Source: Candidatus Hydrogenedentota bacterium (GTDB lineage Bacteria > Hydrogenedentota > Hydrogenedentia > Hydrogenedentales > SLHB01). Taken from it: a stretch of DNA of 53,736 nucleotides. The stretch is from the NCBI GenBank assembly GCA_029974275.1, contig JARKSN010000280.1, positions 1 through 53,736 on the forward strand, written 5' to 3'. This document shows, one piece after another, positions 8,580 through 18,387 of the stretch (within the stretch, counting starts at the first letter, position 1; every line of letters starts with the position of its first letter). The position numbers and the translations under genes are program-made. The notes under the pieces are model-generated. The model was not told where the DNA came from. It did not search any database and saw only the letters and a list, made by a program, of their open reading frames with translations.

Positions 8580-10043
8580 ATGACGACCGAACAAGCCAGA
8601 TGGCCGCTATCGGCAATCCTGCCGCTGTCGCTGTTGTTGGCGGGGTGTGTGACTTTCTGTTACCCTAGCCCCTCTTCGCCGACGGGATATGACGGCGCAG
8701 AGCATCCGCCATCCACCACACAAAGGGACAACACGATGAGCAGCAATAACGTTTACACGCCGACCGAATCGAACCTGCGCGCACGCGAATGGTTTCAGGA
8801 CGCCAAATTCGGCATGTTCATTCACTGGGGCGTATACAGCGTCCTGGGGCGCGGCGAATGGGTGATGTTCAAGGAAAAGATTCCCCTCAGCGAGTACGAG
8901 AAACTGCCCGCGCAGTTTAATCCGACGCATTACGACCCTGCCGCATGGGTGAGCCTCGTCAAGCGCGCGGGAATGAAGTACATCACCATCACCAGCAAAC
9001 ACCACGACGGCTTCGCCATGTGGGATTCACGCGTCAGCGACTACACCATCGTCCAAAAAACGCCGTATGGCAAGGACGTCCTGAAAATGCTCGCGGAGGA
9101 ATGCCGCAAGCAGGACATAAAACTCTTTTTCTATCACTCCCACCTCGATTGGCGCCACCCCGACTACTTTCCCCTGGGCGCGACGGGACAATTCAGCGGT
9201 CGCCCCGCGCAGGGCGACTTCAACAAATACCTCGACTATATGGACGCGCAGTTGGCGGAATTGCTCGGTGGCGACTACGGCGAGGTGGCGGGCATCTGGT
9301 TCGACGGCTGGTGGGACCAGCAATACAAGAACATGGGACAGAAGGACGCGGACCCGACGAAGACGCAGATCGATTGGCGGCTGGAAAAGACCTATCGCCT
9401 CATTCACAGCCTCCAGCCACAAGCGCTCATCGGCGACAACCATCACGTCCGGCCGTTTGACGGCGAAGATTTCCAAATGTTCGAGAAGGACCTGCCCGGC
9501 CAAAACACCACCGGCTTTGGGGCCGACGCGGAGATCGGCCAACTGCCGTTGGAAATGTGCGACACCATTGGCATCGACTGGGGCTACAACGGCACGGAAA
9601 CCGAGAAGGATTTCAAAAGCGTCAAGCAATTGATCGGCCTTCTCGCAAACGCCGCCGGCAACAACGCCAATTTCCTGTTGAACGTCGGTCCGACGGCGCA
9701 AGGCGTGATTCAGCCGGAATTCATCGAGCGCCTCGAGAAAATGGGCGCCTGGATGGTTGCAAACGGCGACTCGATTTACGGCACGCGGGGCGGTCCCATG
9801 CCGCCGCAACCCTGGGGCTGCATGACGCACAAGGGCGCCACGCTTTACGTTCACCTGCTGGACGCAAAACCCGGCGAGACGCTGACTTTGCCCAACACGA
9901 CGGGACGGCGCGTGCGCAAGGCGCATCTGTTGTCGAATGGAGTCCCTGTCGCAATCGAGGCCCGGGGCGACTTGATCCTGCACGCGCCCGACGCGCTTCC
10001 GGATGTTGACGACACTGTCGTGGCAATCGAACTCGAACCATAA
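8580..10043 (+). CDS. alpha-L-fucosidase (GH29), probable lipoprotein
   Basis: WFQDAKFGMFIHWGVYS, TSKHHDGF, IWFDG, FLLNVGP; lipobox LAGC (alternative start 8736). Confidence 0.92.
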   Translation: MTTEQARWPLSAILPLSLLLAGCVTFCYPSPSSPTGYDGAEHPPSTTQRDNTMSSNNVYTPTESNLRAREWFQDAKFGMFIHWGVYSVLGRGEWVMFKEKIPLSEYEKLPAQFNPTHYDPAAWVSLVKRAGMKYITITSKHHDGFAMWDSRVSDYTIVQKTPYGKDVLKMLAEECRKQDIKLFFYHSHLDWRHPDYFPLGATGQFSGRPAQGDFNKYLDYMDAQLAELLGGDYGEVAGIWFDGWWDQQYKNMGQKDADPTKTQIDWRLEKTYRLIHSLQPQALIGDNHHVRPFDGEDFQMFEKDLPGQNTTGFGADAEIGQLPLEMCDTIGIDWGYNGTETEKDFKSVKQLIGLLANAAGNNANFLLNVGPTAQGVIQPEFIERLEKMGAWMVANGDSIYGTRGGPMPPQPWGCMTHKGATLYVHLLDAKPGETLTLPNTTGRRVRKAHLLSNGVPVAIEARGDLILHAPDALPDVDDTVVAIELEP

Positions 10044-10077
10044 AATCGGGCTCTTGCCCTCCCGCGCAACCAAACAG

Positions 10078-10116
10078 AAAGGCCAACGGGCTAGATTTCC
10101 CAGCCCGTTGGCCTTT
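10078..10116. terminator. bidirectional intrinsic terminator
   Basis: AAAGGCCAACGGGCT...AGCCCGTTGGCCTTT, 15-bp inverted repeat between the fucosidase and tRNA-Asp. Confidence 0.8.
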
Positions 10117-10127
10117 GCTCGTTTACA

Positions 10128-10204
10128 TGGCGGGAGCGACGAGACTCGAACTCGCGACCTCTGCCGTGACAGGGCAGCGTTCTAACCAACTGAACTACGC
10201 CCCC
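10128..10204 (-). tRNA. tRNA-Asp(GTC)
   Basis: Cloverleaf with acceptor GGGGGCG/CGCTCCC, anticodon arm CTGCC-CTGTCAC-GGCAG, GTTCGA T-loop, encoded CCA. Confidence 0.97.
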
Positions 10205-10250
10205 GCACCATGGCGCGGCGCGAAAGGGCGTGCCCTCTCGCAGGAAAAAA

Positions 10251-10279
10251 ACTATAGCATGCGCCGCGGCGAAAATCAA
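10251..10279 (-). promoter_or_regulatory. sigma70 promoter for tRNA-Asp
   Basis: TTGATT-17 nt-TATAGT with extended TG on the minus strand. Confidence 0.6.
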
Positions 10280-10398
10280 ATGTTGCGACGCGGTTTTTGA
10301 TGACGCGATTCGCCATCCACCCGGTCCTCCTCGGCAGGATGTCAAATGGCAGGACGATAATCCCTTCGGTAAGATTTTAAATGGCGCGATTCGCGATT

Positions 10399-10427
10399 TT
10401 GAAAACGGAAGCGCAAGAGGATACTAT
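10399..10427 (+). promoter_or_regulatory. sigma70 promoter for the KS cluster
   Basis: TTGAAA-17 nt-TACTAT. Confidence 0.5.
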
Positions 10428-10535
10428 GTTTCTGCCCGTGCGCAGGCGGCGCTTGGGCGCGCGGGGGCAGGGACTGCCTGCCGGGCTTTTGGGGACGCGC
10501 GCGGCACGGGACCGGCAGGCCCGAAAATGCCGCAT

Positions 10536-11819
10536 ATGTGGTTTGCGGCGCGAGCGAATAGATTGGGGTGTGGGCATATCGAGCGGCACGTCGCGATAAC
10601 GGGACTTGGGATTGTCTCCTGTTTGGGAAGCGAGCTGAACTCCGTTGCGGAATCTTTGCGTGCGGGGCGTTCGGGGATCGTATGTGATCGCGAGCGGGAG
10701 CAGCGCGGCTTTCGGTCGCCCTTGACGGGGGCGCTTCGGGGGTTTGACCTCGAAAAGCGCCATATTCCGAAGAAAGCATTGCGGACCATGAACGAGCCTG
10801 CGCGGTATGCGTATGCGGCGGTGATGGACGCGATCGCGGATGCGGGTTTTTCGCCGGACGCGTTGCAGGGCGAACGTTGCGGCATGGTGTTTGGCAACGA
10901 CAGTTGCGTGGGCGCGTCGGTGGAGGCGATCGATATCGCGCGGGAATCCGGGGAAACGCATAGCATTGGCAGCAGCCATATTTTTCGCGCGATGAATTCC
11001 GTGGTGACGATGAATCTTGCCGCGGCGTTGGGCGTGGGCGGGGCGTCGTGGACCGTGAGCGCGGCGTGCGCCAGTGGGGCGCATGCGATTGGCCAGGCGG
11101 CGATGTTGATCGCGAGCGGGCTCCAGGACGTTGTCGTTACGGGCGGGGCGCAGGAGTTGTGTTGGGAGGGCATGGCCCCGTTCGACGCGATGGATGCGTT
11201 TTCGACGCGCGTGGATGCGCCGGAGAAGGCTTCGCGTCCGTTCGATCATGCGCGGGATGGGCTGGTGCCTAGCGGCGGCGCGGCGTGCGTTGTGCTCGAG
11301 GCGCTCGATCATGCGCGGGCGCGCAACGCTCGGACGTATGGCGTCGTGCGGGGGTATGGGTTTTCGTCGGACGGTTCGGGGCGTTTGACGCAGCCGAATG
11401 TGGATGGCGCGATCCGCGCGATGCGCATGGCCCTCGAGAATGCGGGCGTGGATCCGGGCGACGTGGATTATGTCAATGCGCATGGGACGTCGACGCGCGT
11501 GGGCGACTTGGCGGAGGCGAAGGCCATTGCCGAGGTGTTCGGGACGGATGTCGCGGTGTCGTCGACGAAATCAATGACGGGCCATGAGTGCTGGATGGCG
11601 GGCGCAAGCGAGGTCGTGTACACGACGCTGATGAGCGCGCATGGGTTTATCGCGCCGAATATCAATTTCGATCGGCTTGATGATGACTGCCCGCCGATCA
11701 AGGTGGTCAACCAGACAACGGCGGCGAACATCAAGGTGGCGGTGTCGAATTCGTTCGGGTTTGGCGGTACGAACGCGGCTCTTGTGTTGGATTATGGCGG
11801 GATGGGGAGGTGGGCGTGA
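10536..11819 (+). CDS. beta-ketoacyl-ACP synthase (FabB/FabF-like KS1)
   Basis: VAITGLG, SAACASG (catalytic Cys), NAHGTST, KSMTGHE, SNSFGFGG; start uncertain (10536-10578). Confidence 0.93.
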   Translation: MWFAARANRLGCGHIERHVAITGLGIVSCLGSELNSVAESLRAGRSGIVCDREREQRGFRSPLTGALRGFDLEKRHIPKKALRTMNEPARYAYAAVMDAIADAGFSPDALQGERCGMVFGNDSCVGASVEAIDIARESGETHSIGSSHIFRAMNSVVTMNLAAALGVGGASWTVSAACASGAHAIGQAAMLIASGLQDVVVTGGAQELCWEGMAPFDAMDAFSTRVDAPEKASRPFDHARDGLVPSGGAACVVLEALDHARARNARTYGVVRGYGFSSDGSGRLTQPNVDGAIRAMRMALENAGVDPGDVDYVNAHGTSTRVGDLAEAKAIAEVFGTDVAVSSTKSMTGHECWMAGASEVVYTTLMSAHGFIAPNINFDRLDDDCPPIKVVNQTTAANIKVAVSNSFGFGGTNAALVLDYGGMGRWA

Positions 11820-12082
11820 CGCGGGAGGAGATAGCGATTCGGATCGACCGGATACTTGTCGAGGGGTTCGAGGTGGACGCCGCGGCGATAGGCCCAGAGG
11901 CGCGTTTGGGCGATGATCTGGGATTGGACAGTCTGGATGCGGTCGATCTGGTGGTGGCGATCGAGAAGGCCTTTGGTTGTCGTATCCGAGAAGCCGACGC
12001 GCGAAATATGCGCGCCATGAAGGACGTTTACGACTACATCGAGCGCTGGAACGGCGGCGCGGCAAAGGCGGTGATTCCATGA
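11816..12082 (+). CDS. acyl carrier protein 1
   Basis: LGLDSLDAVDL phosphopantetheine motif; GTGA overlap with KS1; RBS GGGAGG. Confidence 0.93.
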   Translation: MTREEIAIRIDRILVEGFEVDAAAIGPEARLGDDLGLDSLDAVDLVVAIEKAFGCRIREADARNMRAMKDVYDYIERWNGGAAKAVIP

Positions 12083-13194
12083 ATCCGCCCAATGCGGCAG
12101 CGGAGACGGCGTGTTTCATGAAAGACCTGGCGGCGGAGAAGGCGCGCCCGATCGCGGGGACGGAGTTTTCGCGTGAGGAAATAGACGAGGCCTTGCGCAC
12201 GAATGGGCTGCTCTCGGTCGAATTGGAAATGACCCGCCTGTGCAATCTCCGGTGCACGTACTGTTATTCCGAAGCGGGACGGCCCATTCCGGATGAGTTT
12301 TCTTTCGAGGAACTCACGGGCGCCGTGCGGCAGGCGCGGGCGTTGGGCGCGAAGAAAGTGGCGATACTGGGCGGGGGCGAGCCGTGCTGTTACCCGCAGT
12401 TGCGCGAGTTGATCGCCTGCATTCGCGACGAGGGGATGTACGCCGAGCTTTTCACGAACGGCACGCTGGTGACGGGGGAGCTTGCCGCCTTTTTCTATCG
12501 CCACGAGGTGACGGTGGTGGTCAAGCGTAATTCCGACGTCGCCGCTGTCCAGGATGCGCTTGCGGGCGTCGAAGGGACGTTCAACCGGATCGAGCAAGGC
12601 ATGGCCGCGCTCATGGACGCAGGCTATCCCGACGAGACGCATGGCCTTGGCATCCAAACGATCGTGTGCCGGCAGAATCTACATCGCTTGGCCGACCTGT
12701 GGGTGTGGGCGCGCGAACGCAATATCCATCCCTACTTCGAATGCATGACGCTCCAGGGGCGCGCCACCGAACACAACGAACTCTACGTTTCGCCGGAGGA
12801 GGCGAGAGACGTCTTTTTCGAACTGAGCCGAATCGATCGGGAGCGGTATGGGCGGTATTGGACGCCGCATCCGCCGCTTGCGGGATCGTCGTGTCGGCGT
12901 CACGCCTACAGCGCCTTTATCAAGGCCAATGGCGACGTTTGCCCGTGCGTCGGCGTCGAAATTTCGTTGGGGAATCTGCGCGAGACGGCGCTGGCGGACA
13001 TTTTGCGCGACCATCCGGTCGCTCAGGAACTTCGCCATGCGCATGCGCGGGTCAAGGGCGCGTGCCGCACCTGCGAGCTTGGCGACGAGTGCTACGGTTG
13101 CCGCGGCAACGCGTTTCAAATGTCGGGCGATTATTTGGGTTGCGACCCGTATTGTTGGATCAGCAGCGCCGCGCCGGACGCCGGTCGCGAATAA
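12079..13194 (+). CDS. radical SAM/SPASM-domain protein
   Basis: CNLRCTYC, GGGEP, FTNG; SPASM cysteines SSCRR, GDVCPC, CRTCELGDECYGCR, DPYC; ATGA overlap with ACP1. Confidence 0.93.
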   Translation: MNPPNAAAETACFMKDLAAEKARPIAGTEFSREEIDEALRTNGLLSVELEMTRLCNLRCTYCYSEAGRPIPDEFSFEELTGAVRQARALGAKKVAILGGGEPCCYPQLRELIACIRDEGMYAELFTNGTLVTGELAAFFYRHEVTVVVKRNSDVAAVQDALAGVEGTFNRIEQGMAALMDAGYPDETHGLGIQTIVCRQNLHRLADLWVWARERNIHPYFECMTLQGRATEHNELYVSPEEARDVFFELSRIDRERYGRYWTPHPPLAGSSCRRHAYSAFIKANGDVCPCVGVEISLGNLRETALADILRDHPVAQELRHAHARVKGACRTCELGDECYGCRGNAFQMSGDYLGCDPYCWISSAAPDAGRE

Positions 13195-13316
13195 TTCCGA
13201 TTGCGAGGGGGCCTGTGCGGCTTTTCCCGGAACGGCGGCCCGCCGCGGCCTGTGCGCAATGTCCCCGTTTCCGGCGCCGCGCATCGCGCTGGAACGGCTC
13301 TTGGAGGAAATGCTCG

Positions 13317-13784
13317 TTGCCATCACGCCGGGCGAAACTGCCACGCGGGAAATACCTGGAGCACGCCATTTCATTGCACGTGCAGTTGCGCGAGGTCGAT
13401 GCGTTGGGGGTCGTGTGGCACGGCAACTATCTCGCCTATTTCGAGGCCGCGCGCGAGGCCTTTGGGCGCCGGTATGCCCTTGGCTTCGACGAGATTGCCG
13501 GCGCGGGCCTCATGGCTCCGATCGTGCAGGTCTCCTGCGATTATCTGAGCCCGGCGAAATACGGCGACGAACTGGATATAACGGCGCGCCTGTTCCGGCA
13601 GGACGCAGCCAAGGCGGTTTTTCATTTCGAAGCGCGGCGCCGTGCGGACCAAACCCTGCTTGCCGTGGGCCGCACGGTCCAGGCGTTTACCACGCTCAAC
13701 GGCGAGTTGCTGCTATCGTCGCCGGATTTCATGAACCGTTTCTATGCGTTGTGGGCCGGCTCCATGCTGGGTTCCGATGAATAG
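13317..13784 (+). CDS. hotdog-fold acyl-ACP/CoA thioesterase (4HBT/YbgC-like)
   Basis: EVDALGVVWHGNYLAYFEAARE motif; TTG start 9 nt after GGAGG. Confidence 0.88.
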   Translation: MPSRRAKLPRGKYLEHAISLHVQLREVDALGVVWHGNYLAYFEAAREAFGRRYALGFDEIAGAGLMAPIVQVSCDYLSPAKYGDELDITARLFRQDAAKAVFHFEARRRADQTLLAVGRTVQAFTTLNGELLLSSPDFMNRFYALWAGSMLGSDE

Positions 13785-14937
13785 CTCCCCGTGCGTCATC
13801 ACGGCGGCGTCCGCCGTCACAGCGCTCGGCGCGGATGTCGAGGCGGCATGGAGCGGCATGATGCGCAACATTCGCGGCATTCGCCCCATGCAACGCTTGC
13901 CGCGCGGACGGTATCGCAGCGACGTGGCAGGCGAAATTCCCGCCGAACTCGAGGCCGCGCTTGAGGCGCCGCCGGGCGCGCGCGTGCGCCGACTTGCCTT
14001 GCATGCGGCCCGGCAGGCCTTGCGGCAGACCCCGGGATCGCGCGATCGGACGGGGCTTGTCCTTGCGACGACGAAAGCCGATCTCGACGGCCTCGGCGCG
14101 GCGCTCCGCGGCGAGATCGCGCAGTGGCCCGCGCACTATGATCCCGCCGCGTTGGCGATCGACCTCGCGCAGGCGCTTGGACTTGAGGGCCCCGTTCTTG
14201 CCGTGTCCAACGCGTGCGCGTCGGGGCTGGTCGCGGTGGCGCAGGCGGCGCGCCTGCTGCGTCGGAACGACGCGGAACATATGCTTGTCGTCGGCGTCGA
14301 TGTGTTGAATGAATTTGTTCTCGGCGGGTTTTCGAGTTTGGCCGCGCTGAGCCTGGATCCCTGTCGCCCGTTCGACGCGAATCGGACGGGTCTGTCGCTT
14401 GGCGAAGGCGCCGGCGCGATCGCGTTGTGTCGCGCGGGGAGTTTGGCCGGGGCGGGACTGGGCGTTGTGCGCGGCTGGGCCGTGACCAACGACGCTCACC
14501 ACCTGACGGGGCCGTCGCCCACGGGCGAAGGCCTGCAACGCGCCCTGCGCGGCGCGCTTGCCATGGCCGGGATGGCGCCGGAGGCCATCGATTACATCAA
14601 TGCTCACGGCACGGGCACGGCGTACAACGATGCCATGGAGATGAAGGCCGTCACGGCGGTCTTCGGCGAAAATGCGCCGCCGATGACCTCGATGAAGGGA
14701 TATTTTGGGCATACGCTGGGCGCGTGCGGCGTCATTGAGTTGGCGTTGTGTTTGAAGGCGATGGAGCAGCGGACGATTCCCGCGTCGATGGGGCTCGAGT
14801 CGCTCGATCCGGGCGTTGCGTTGCGCATTCCGGCGGAGCACATGCCCGTGCCGCGTCTCGACGCGATCGTGTCGATGAAATCCGGATTTGGCGGCGTGAA
14901 CGCCGCCGTGGCGCTTACGAGCATGGAAGCGGCATGA
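13777..14937 (+). CDS. beta-ketoacyl-ACP synthase (KS2)
   Basis: VSNACASG, NAHGTGT, KGYFGHTLGA, KSGFGG. Confidence 0.92.
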   Translation: MNSSPCVITAASAVTALGADVEAAWSGMMRNIRGIRPMQRLPRGRYRSDVAGEIPAELEAALEAPPGARVRRLALHAARQALRQTPGSRDRTGLVLATTKADLDGLGAALRGEIAQWPAHYDPAALAIDLAQALGLEGPVLAVSNACASGLVAVAQAARLLRRNDAEHMLVVGVDVLNEFVLGGFSSLAALSLDPCRPFDANRTGLSLGEGAGAIALCRAGSLAGAGLGVVRGWAVTNDAHHLTGPSPTGEGLQRALRGALAMAGMAPEAIDYINAHGTGTAYNDAMEMKAVTAVFGENAPPMTSMKGYFGHTLGACGVIELALCLKAMEQRTIPASMGLESLDPGVALRIPAEHMPVPRLDAIVSMKSGFGGVNAAVALTSMEAA

Positions 14938-15707
14938 GCGACGACATCGTTATCACGGCGTGGGGATTTGCCGATGCGCGGGGCTTTTGCGGGGCGCGGG
15001 GCGCGGGGGGCGCGTTTGGACAGGATGCGGCGCAGTGGCCGGAGGCGTTTCCGGAGGCGTTTCCGCGTTTTGGGCGGCTTGATCCGCCGTGCAAGTTGGC
15101 GATGGTTGCGGCGGAATTGCTGGGGCTGAAGCCGCCGCGGGATGGCGTTCATGCGGACATCGGCGTGTCCTTGGGAACGCGTTACGGATGCCTCGACGCG
15201 GACGCGTCGTTTTTCGCGACGCTGTGGCGGCCCGAAGGCGCGAGCCCGGCGCTGTTCACGTACACCTTGCCGAGTTCCGTCATTGCGGAGGTCGCCATGC
15301 GCTACAAACTCGGCGGCCCCAACGCATGTTTCCTGGCGGGCGAGGCGAGCGGCTTGACTGCTCTGTGGGAGGGCGTGCGTCTCGTTGAGAGCGGCGAAGC
15401 GCGCGCATGCGTGTGTCTTGCATGCGATGGGGTGACGCCCGGAACGGCCGCGAAAATGCCCGGCTTTGATGCGCCGGACGCCTGGGAGGCGTCGGCGTTT
15501 CTGATTGAGCGTTTGGAGTATGCGCGCGCGCGTGATCGCGCGCCATTGGCTGCGGTGTCGATTCACTGTGCGAGCGACACCGAGACGACGGGCGGAAATG
15601 CGCTGTCCGTCCTGCGCGCATGCGTGCGCGGCGAACGCGACGCCGCGTTTGCAAGTCCGGCGGCGCTGCGGCGCGACGAGGCGCTGGTCGTTACGGCGCA
15701 ACGGTAA
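14934..15707 (+). CDS. short KS-like protein lacking the catalytic Cys (chain-length-factor-like)
   Basis: FGRLD, SPALFTYTLP; active-site loop reads AGEASG; ATGA coupling to KS2. Confidence 0.78.
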   Translation: MSDDIVITAWGFADARGFCGARGAGGAFGQDAAQWPEAFPEAFPRFGRLDPPCKLAMVAAELLGLKPPRDGVHADIGVSLGTRYGCLDADASFFATLWRPEGASPALFTYTLPSSVIAEVAMRYKLGGPNACFLAGEASGLTALWEGVRLVESGEARACVCLACDGVTPGTAAKMPGFDAPDAWEASAFLIERLEYARARDRAPLAAVSIHCASDTETTGGNALSVLRACVRGERDAAFASPAALRRDEALVVTAQR

Positions 15708-15763
15708 AGAGAAGGGGACTGCAACGGCGCTACGGCGCGGCGAGCTTTCTCCGGAAGGGAATC

Positions 15764-16021
15764 ATGGACGCCTTGGAGTTGGAAGTGGCGAAAGGGATTG
15801 TCGAGGCCTTGAATCTTCAGCAGGTCGCGCCGGAAAGCATCGATCCGGCGGCTCCGTTGTTTGGCGAGGGGCTGGGGCTGGATTCGATCGACGCGCTGGA
15901 ACTGATTGTGATGTTGCATCGCAACTACGGCATCAAAGTAGCGGACGCCGAGATTGGCAAGGCCGCCTTCGCTTCCGTCGGCGCGCTGGCGGCGTTCGTT
16001 CGGGAGCGCCGCGTGACATGA
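15764..16021 (+). CDS. acyl carrier protein 2 (aryl-polyene-cluster type)
   Basis: PLFGEGLGLDSIDALEL motif. Confidence 0.92.
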   Translation: MDALELEVAKGIVEALNLQQVAPESIDPAAPLFGEGLGLDSIDALELIVMLHRNYGIKVADAEIGKAAFASVGALAAFVRERRVT

Positions 16022-17232
16022 CCGAACGGCGCGTCGTCATCACGGGCATGGGCATCGTCTCCGCCTTGGGCTGGACCCTGGAGGAGACGTGGTTCGCCTT
16101 GCGCGACGAACGCAGCGGCTTGCGCCAACTGTCGCTGTTCCGTCTCGACGATCGTCCCGCGCTCCTCGTGGGCGAGGTGAAGGAAGACCCTGCGGTGCGC
16201 AGCGGCTTGCGCCTGGGATCGCGCACCGAACATTTGGCCGTCTGTGCGGCGCGCCAAGCCTTCGAACACGCGGGGCTGTCCGCGCTTCCTCTCGAAGCGC
16301 GCCGCGGCATCGGCGTCGCGCTCGGCGTATGCACTGGCGGCATGCTGGACTCCGAGGAATATGTCGCACAAACGCTTTGCGGGGCCGATCCGAACCTGGA
16401 ACTCTTGCGCCGGCATGAATGTTCTTGCGCGACGAATGCGATCGCCGAGGCGTTGAACCTTGGCGGTCCGTGCAGCACGGTGTCGGTGGCCTGCACCTCG
16501 GGCGCCGCAGCCATTTCCGTTGCCCGCGACATGATTGCGAGCGGCGAGGCGGACATGATGCTCGCGGGCGGGGCGGATTCGTTGACGCGCCTGACGGTCT
16601 GCGGGTTTCTGTCGTTGCTGGTGGTCGCGCCGGATGGATGCAAGCCGTTCGATGCGCGCCGCGCCGGGATGTGCCTGGGCGAAGGCGCGGGCATTCTTGC
16701 GCTTGAATCGGAGGCGCACGCTCAGGCGCGCGGGGCGCGAGCGCTGGCGCGGCTTTGCGGCGCGGCGAACACGTGCGATGCGCATCATTGCACGGCCCCT
16801 GCTCCCGGCGGCGCGGGCATCGTGCGCGCCATGCAGACGGCGCTCGCCGAAGCGGGGCTTTCGCCCGAAGACGTGGATTATGTCAACGCGCACGGCACCG
16901 GCACGATCGACAACGACATCGCCGAGGGCAAGGCGCTTACGGATGTCTTTTCGCCAAGATTTCCGTGGATATCATCGACCAAGCGTTTTTTCGGCCACAC
17001 GCTTGCGGCGGCGGGGGCCATCGAGGCCATCGTGGCGATCTTGGCGTTGCGCCGCCAGTATGTGCCCGCGAATTTGGGTCTGGAAGTCGCGGATCCGTCG
17101 CTGCCGTTCGCGCCGTGCCTGCACACGACTCCCGCGGCGCTGCGCGTCGTGATGAGCAACTCGTTGGGTTTTGGCGGCAGCAACGCATCGCTTGTCTTCT
17201 CGCGTGTCGCGGGGGAGGAAAAGGCTTCATGA
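16018..17232 (+). CDS. beta-ketoacyl-ACP synthase (KS3)
   Basis: RRVVITGMG, VSVACTSG, NAHGTGT, KRFFGHTLAA, SNSLGFGG. Confidence 0.93.
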   Translation: MTERRVVITGMGIVSALGWTLEETWFALRDERSGLRQLSLFRLDDRPALLVGEVKEDPAVRSGLRLGSRTEHLAVCAARQAFEHAGLSALPLEARRGIGVALGVCTGGMLDSEEYVAQTLCGADPNLELLRRHECSCATNAIAEALNLGGPCSTVSVACTSGAAAISVARDMIASGEADMMLAGGADSLTRLTVCGFLSLLVVAPDGCKPFDARRAGMCLGEGAGILALESEAHAQARGARALARLCGAANTCDAHHCTAPAPGGAGIVRAMQTALAEAGLSPEDVDYVNAHGTGTIDNDIAEGKALTDVFSPRFPWISSTKRFFGHTLAAAGAIEAIVAILALRRQYVPANLGLEVADPSLPFAPCLHTTPAALRVVMSNSLGFGGSNASLVFSRVAGEEKAS

Positions 17233-18344
17233 TCGAGGCGCGACACCTCGCCGTCGACGTTGCGGGCGTTGGAAGCATTTTTCCCGCGCCCGCGCCCGAA
17301 ATGCGAGCATTGCCGCAGGAACTGGGCGGCGAGTCCTATCCGGCGTATGCCTGCGCGGCGGCGCCGGGAAAAGACCTAATCGTTCCCGGCAAGTTGCGTC
17401 GGTTGGGGCGGGCGCAGCAACTGGCTCTAGGCGCGACGCTGCTTGCGGCCCCCGACGGCGCGCTGCCGCCGGACGTTGGCGAACGAGGCGCCGTGTGCGT
17501 GGGCACGGGGCTTGGCGAGACGGGAAGCACGGCCGCTTTCTTGAAGAGCGTGCTGGGACCGGGGCAGCGTTTTCCGCGGCCAAGCCATTTCATCAATTCC
17601 GTCCACAACGCGCTGGCTTCCGAGATCGCCATGGAACTGGGGTTCAAGGGCGAAAACTGCACGGTCACGCACGGCGCGATTTCGTTTGAGTTGGCGCTGC
17701 GGCGCGCCATGTTTTTGCTGCATGCGAGGCGCTGCGATGCCGCTGTGGCGTGCGGCGCGGACGAGTGGACTCCGTATGCCGTGAAATTTGGACAGGCGCA
17801 CGGGTGGTGGCGCCGTTCCCCGGATCCGCTCGCGCCGATGGCGGAGGCGTCTGCCCAGGCGGGCGCGTTGCCCGGCGAAGGCGCAGCGGCGTTTCTGCTC
17901 GCACGTCCGGGATTCGTTCCCGATCCCATCGCGCGGATCGCGGCCTGTGCGGCGCGTTTGGGGCGCGGCGAGGCGCGAGAGTCCGCCCGGGTCTTCCTTG
18001 AGAGCCTGATCGCCGAGGCGGGCGCGCAATGGGCCGATATTCAACTCGTGGTGCTCGGGGCAACCGGCGATGCGCGCACGGACGCAGCGTATTCGGGCGT
18101 TATCGAAGAATGCTTGGCCGCAGCCGGCGGAAATTTCGCCTACGCCGTTTACAAGCACGCGACCGGCGAGTTTTGCACGGCCTCCGCGTTGGGGACGGCG
18201 CTTGCGGTCGAGGCGGTGCATACGGGGGCGCTGCCCGATCGGCTCCGCCTCCTCCATGCCGCCCCGGCGGAGCGCATTACGCGTGCGCTCGTATATCATG
18301 CGTCTCCCTCCGGATATCATGGCGCCTGTCTCGTCGCGTCGTGA
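17229..18344 (+). CDS. KS chain-length-factor-like protein (no catalytic Cys)
   Basis: KLRRLGR, FINSVHNA, PGEGAAAF, YKHATGE; active-site position reads HGAISF. Confidence 0.82.
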   Translation: MIEARHLAVDVAGVGSIFPAPAPEMRALPQELGGESYPAYACAAAPGKDLIVPGKLRRLGRAQQLALGATLLAAPDGALPPDVGERGAVCVGTGLGETGSTAAFLKSVLGPGQRFPRPSHFINSVHNALASEIAMELGFKGENCTVTHGAISFELALRRAMFLLHARRCDAAVACGADEWTPYAVKFGQAHGWWRRSPDPLAPMAEASAQAGALPGEGAAAFLLARPGFVPDPIARIAACAARLGRGEARESARVFLESLIAEAGAQWADIQLVVLGATGDARTDAAYSGVIEECLAAAGGNFAYAVYKHATGEFCTASALGTALAVEAVHTGALPDRLRLLHAAPAERITRALVYHASPSGYHGACLVAS

Positions 18345-18387
18345 CGATTCGGTTGCGTCCTTTGCTCATGCCCGGTAGACTTCGCCC

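Noticed and set aside
13300..13360. Frameshift in the thioesterase (ATG at 13310 is out of frame)
   Set aside because: An in-frame TTG at 13317 is suitably spaced from the GGAGG, so no frameshift is required.
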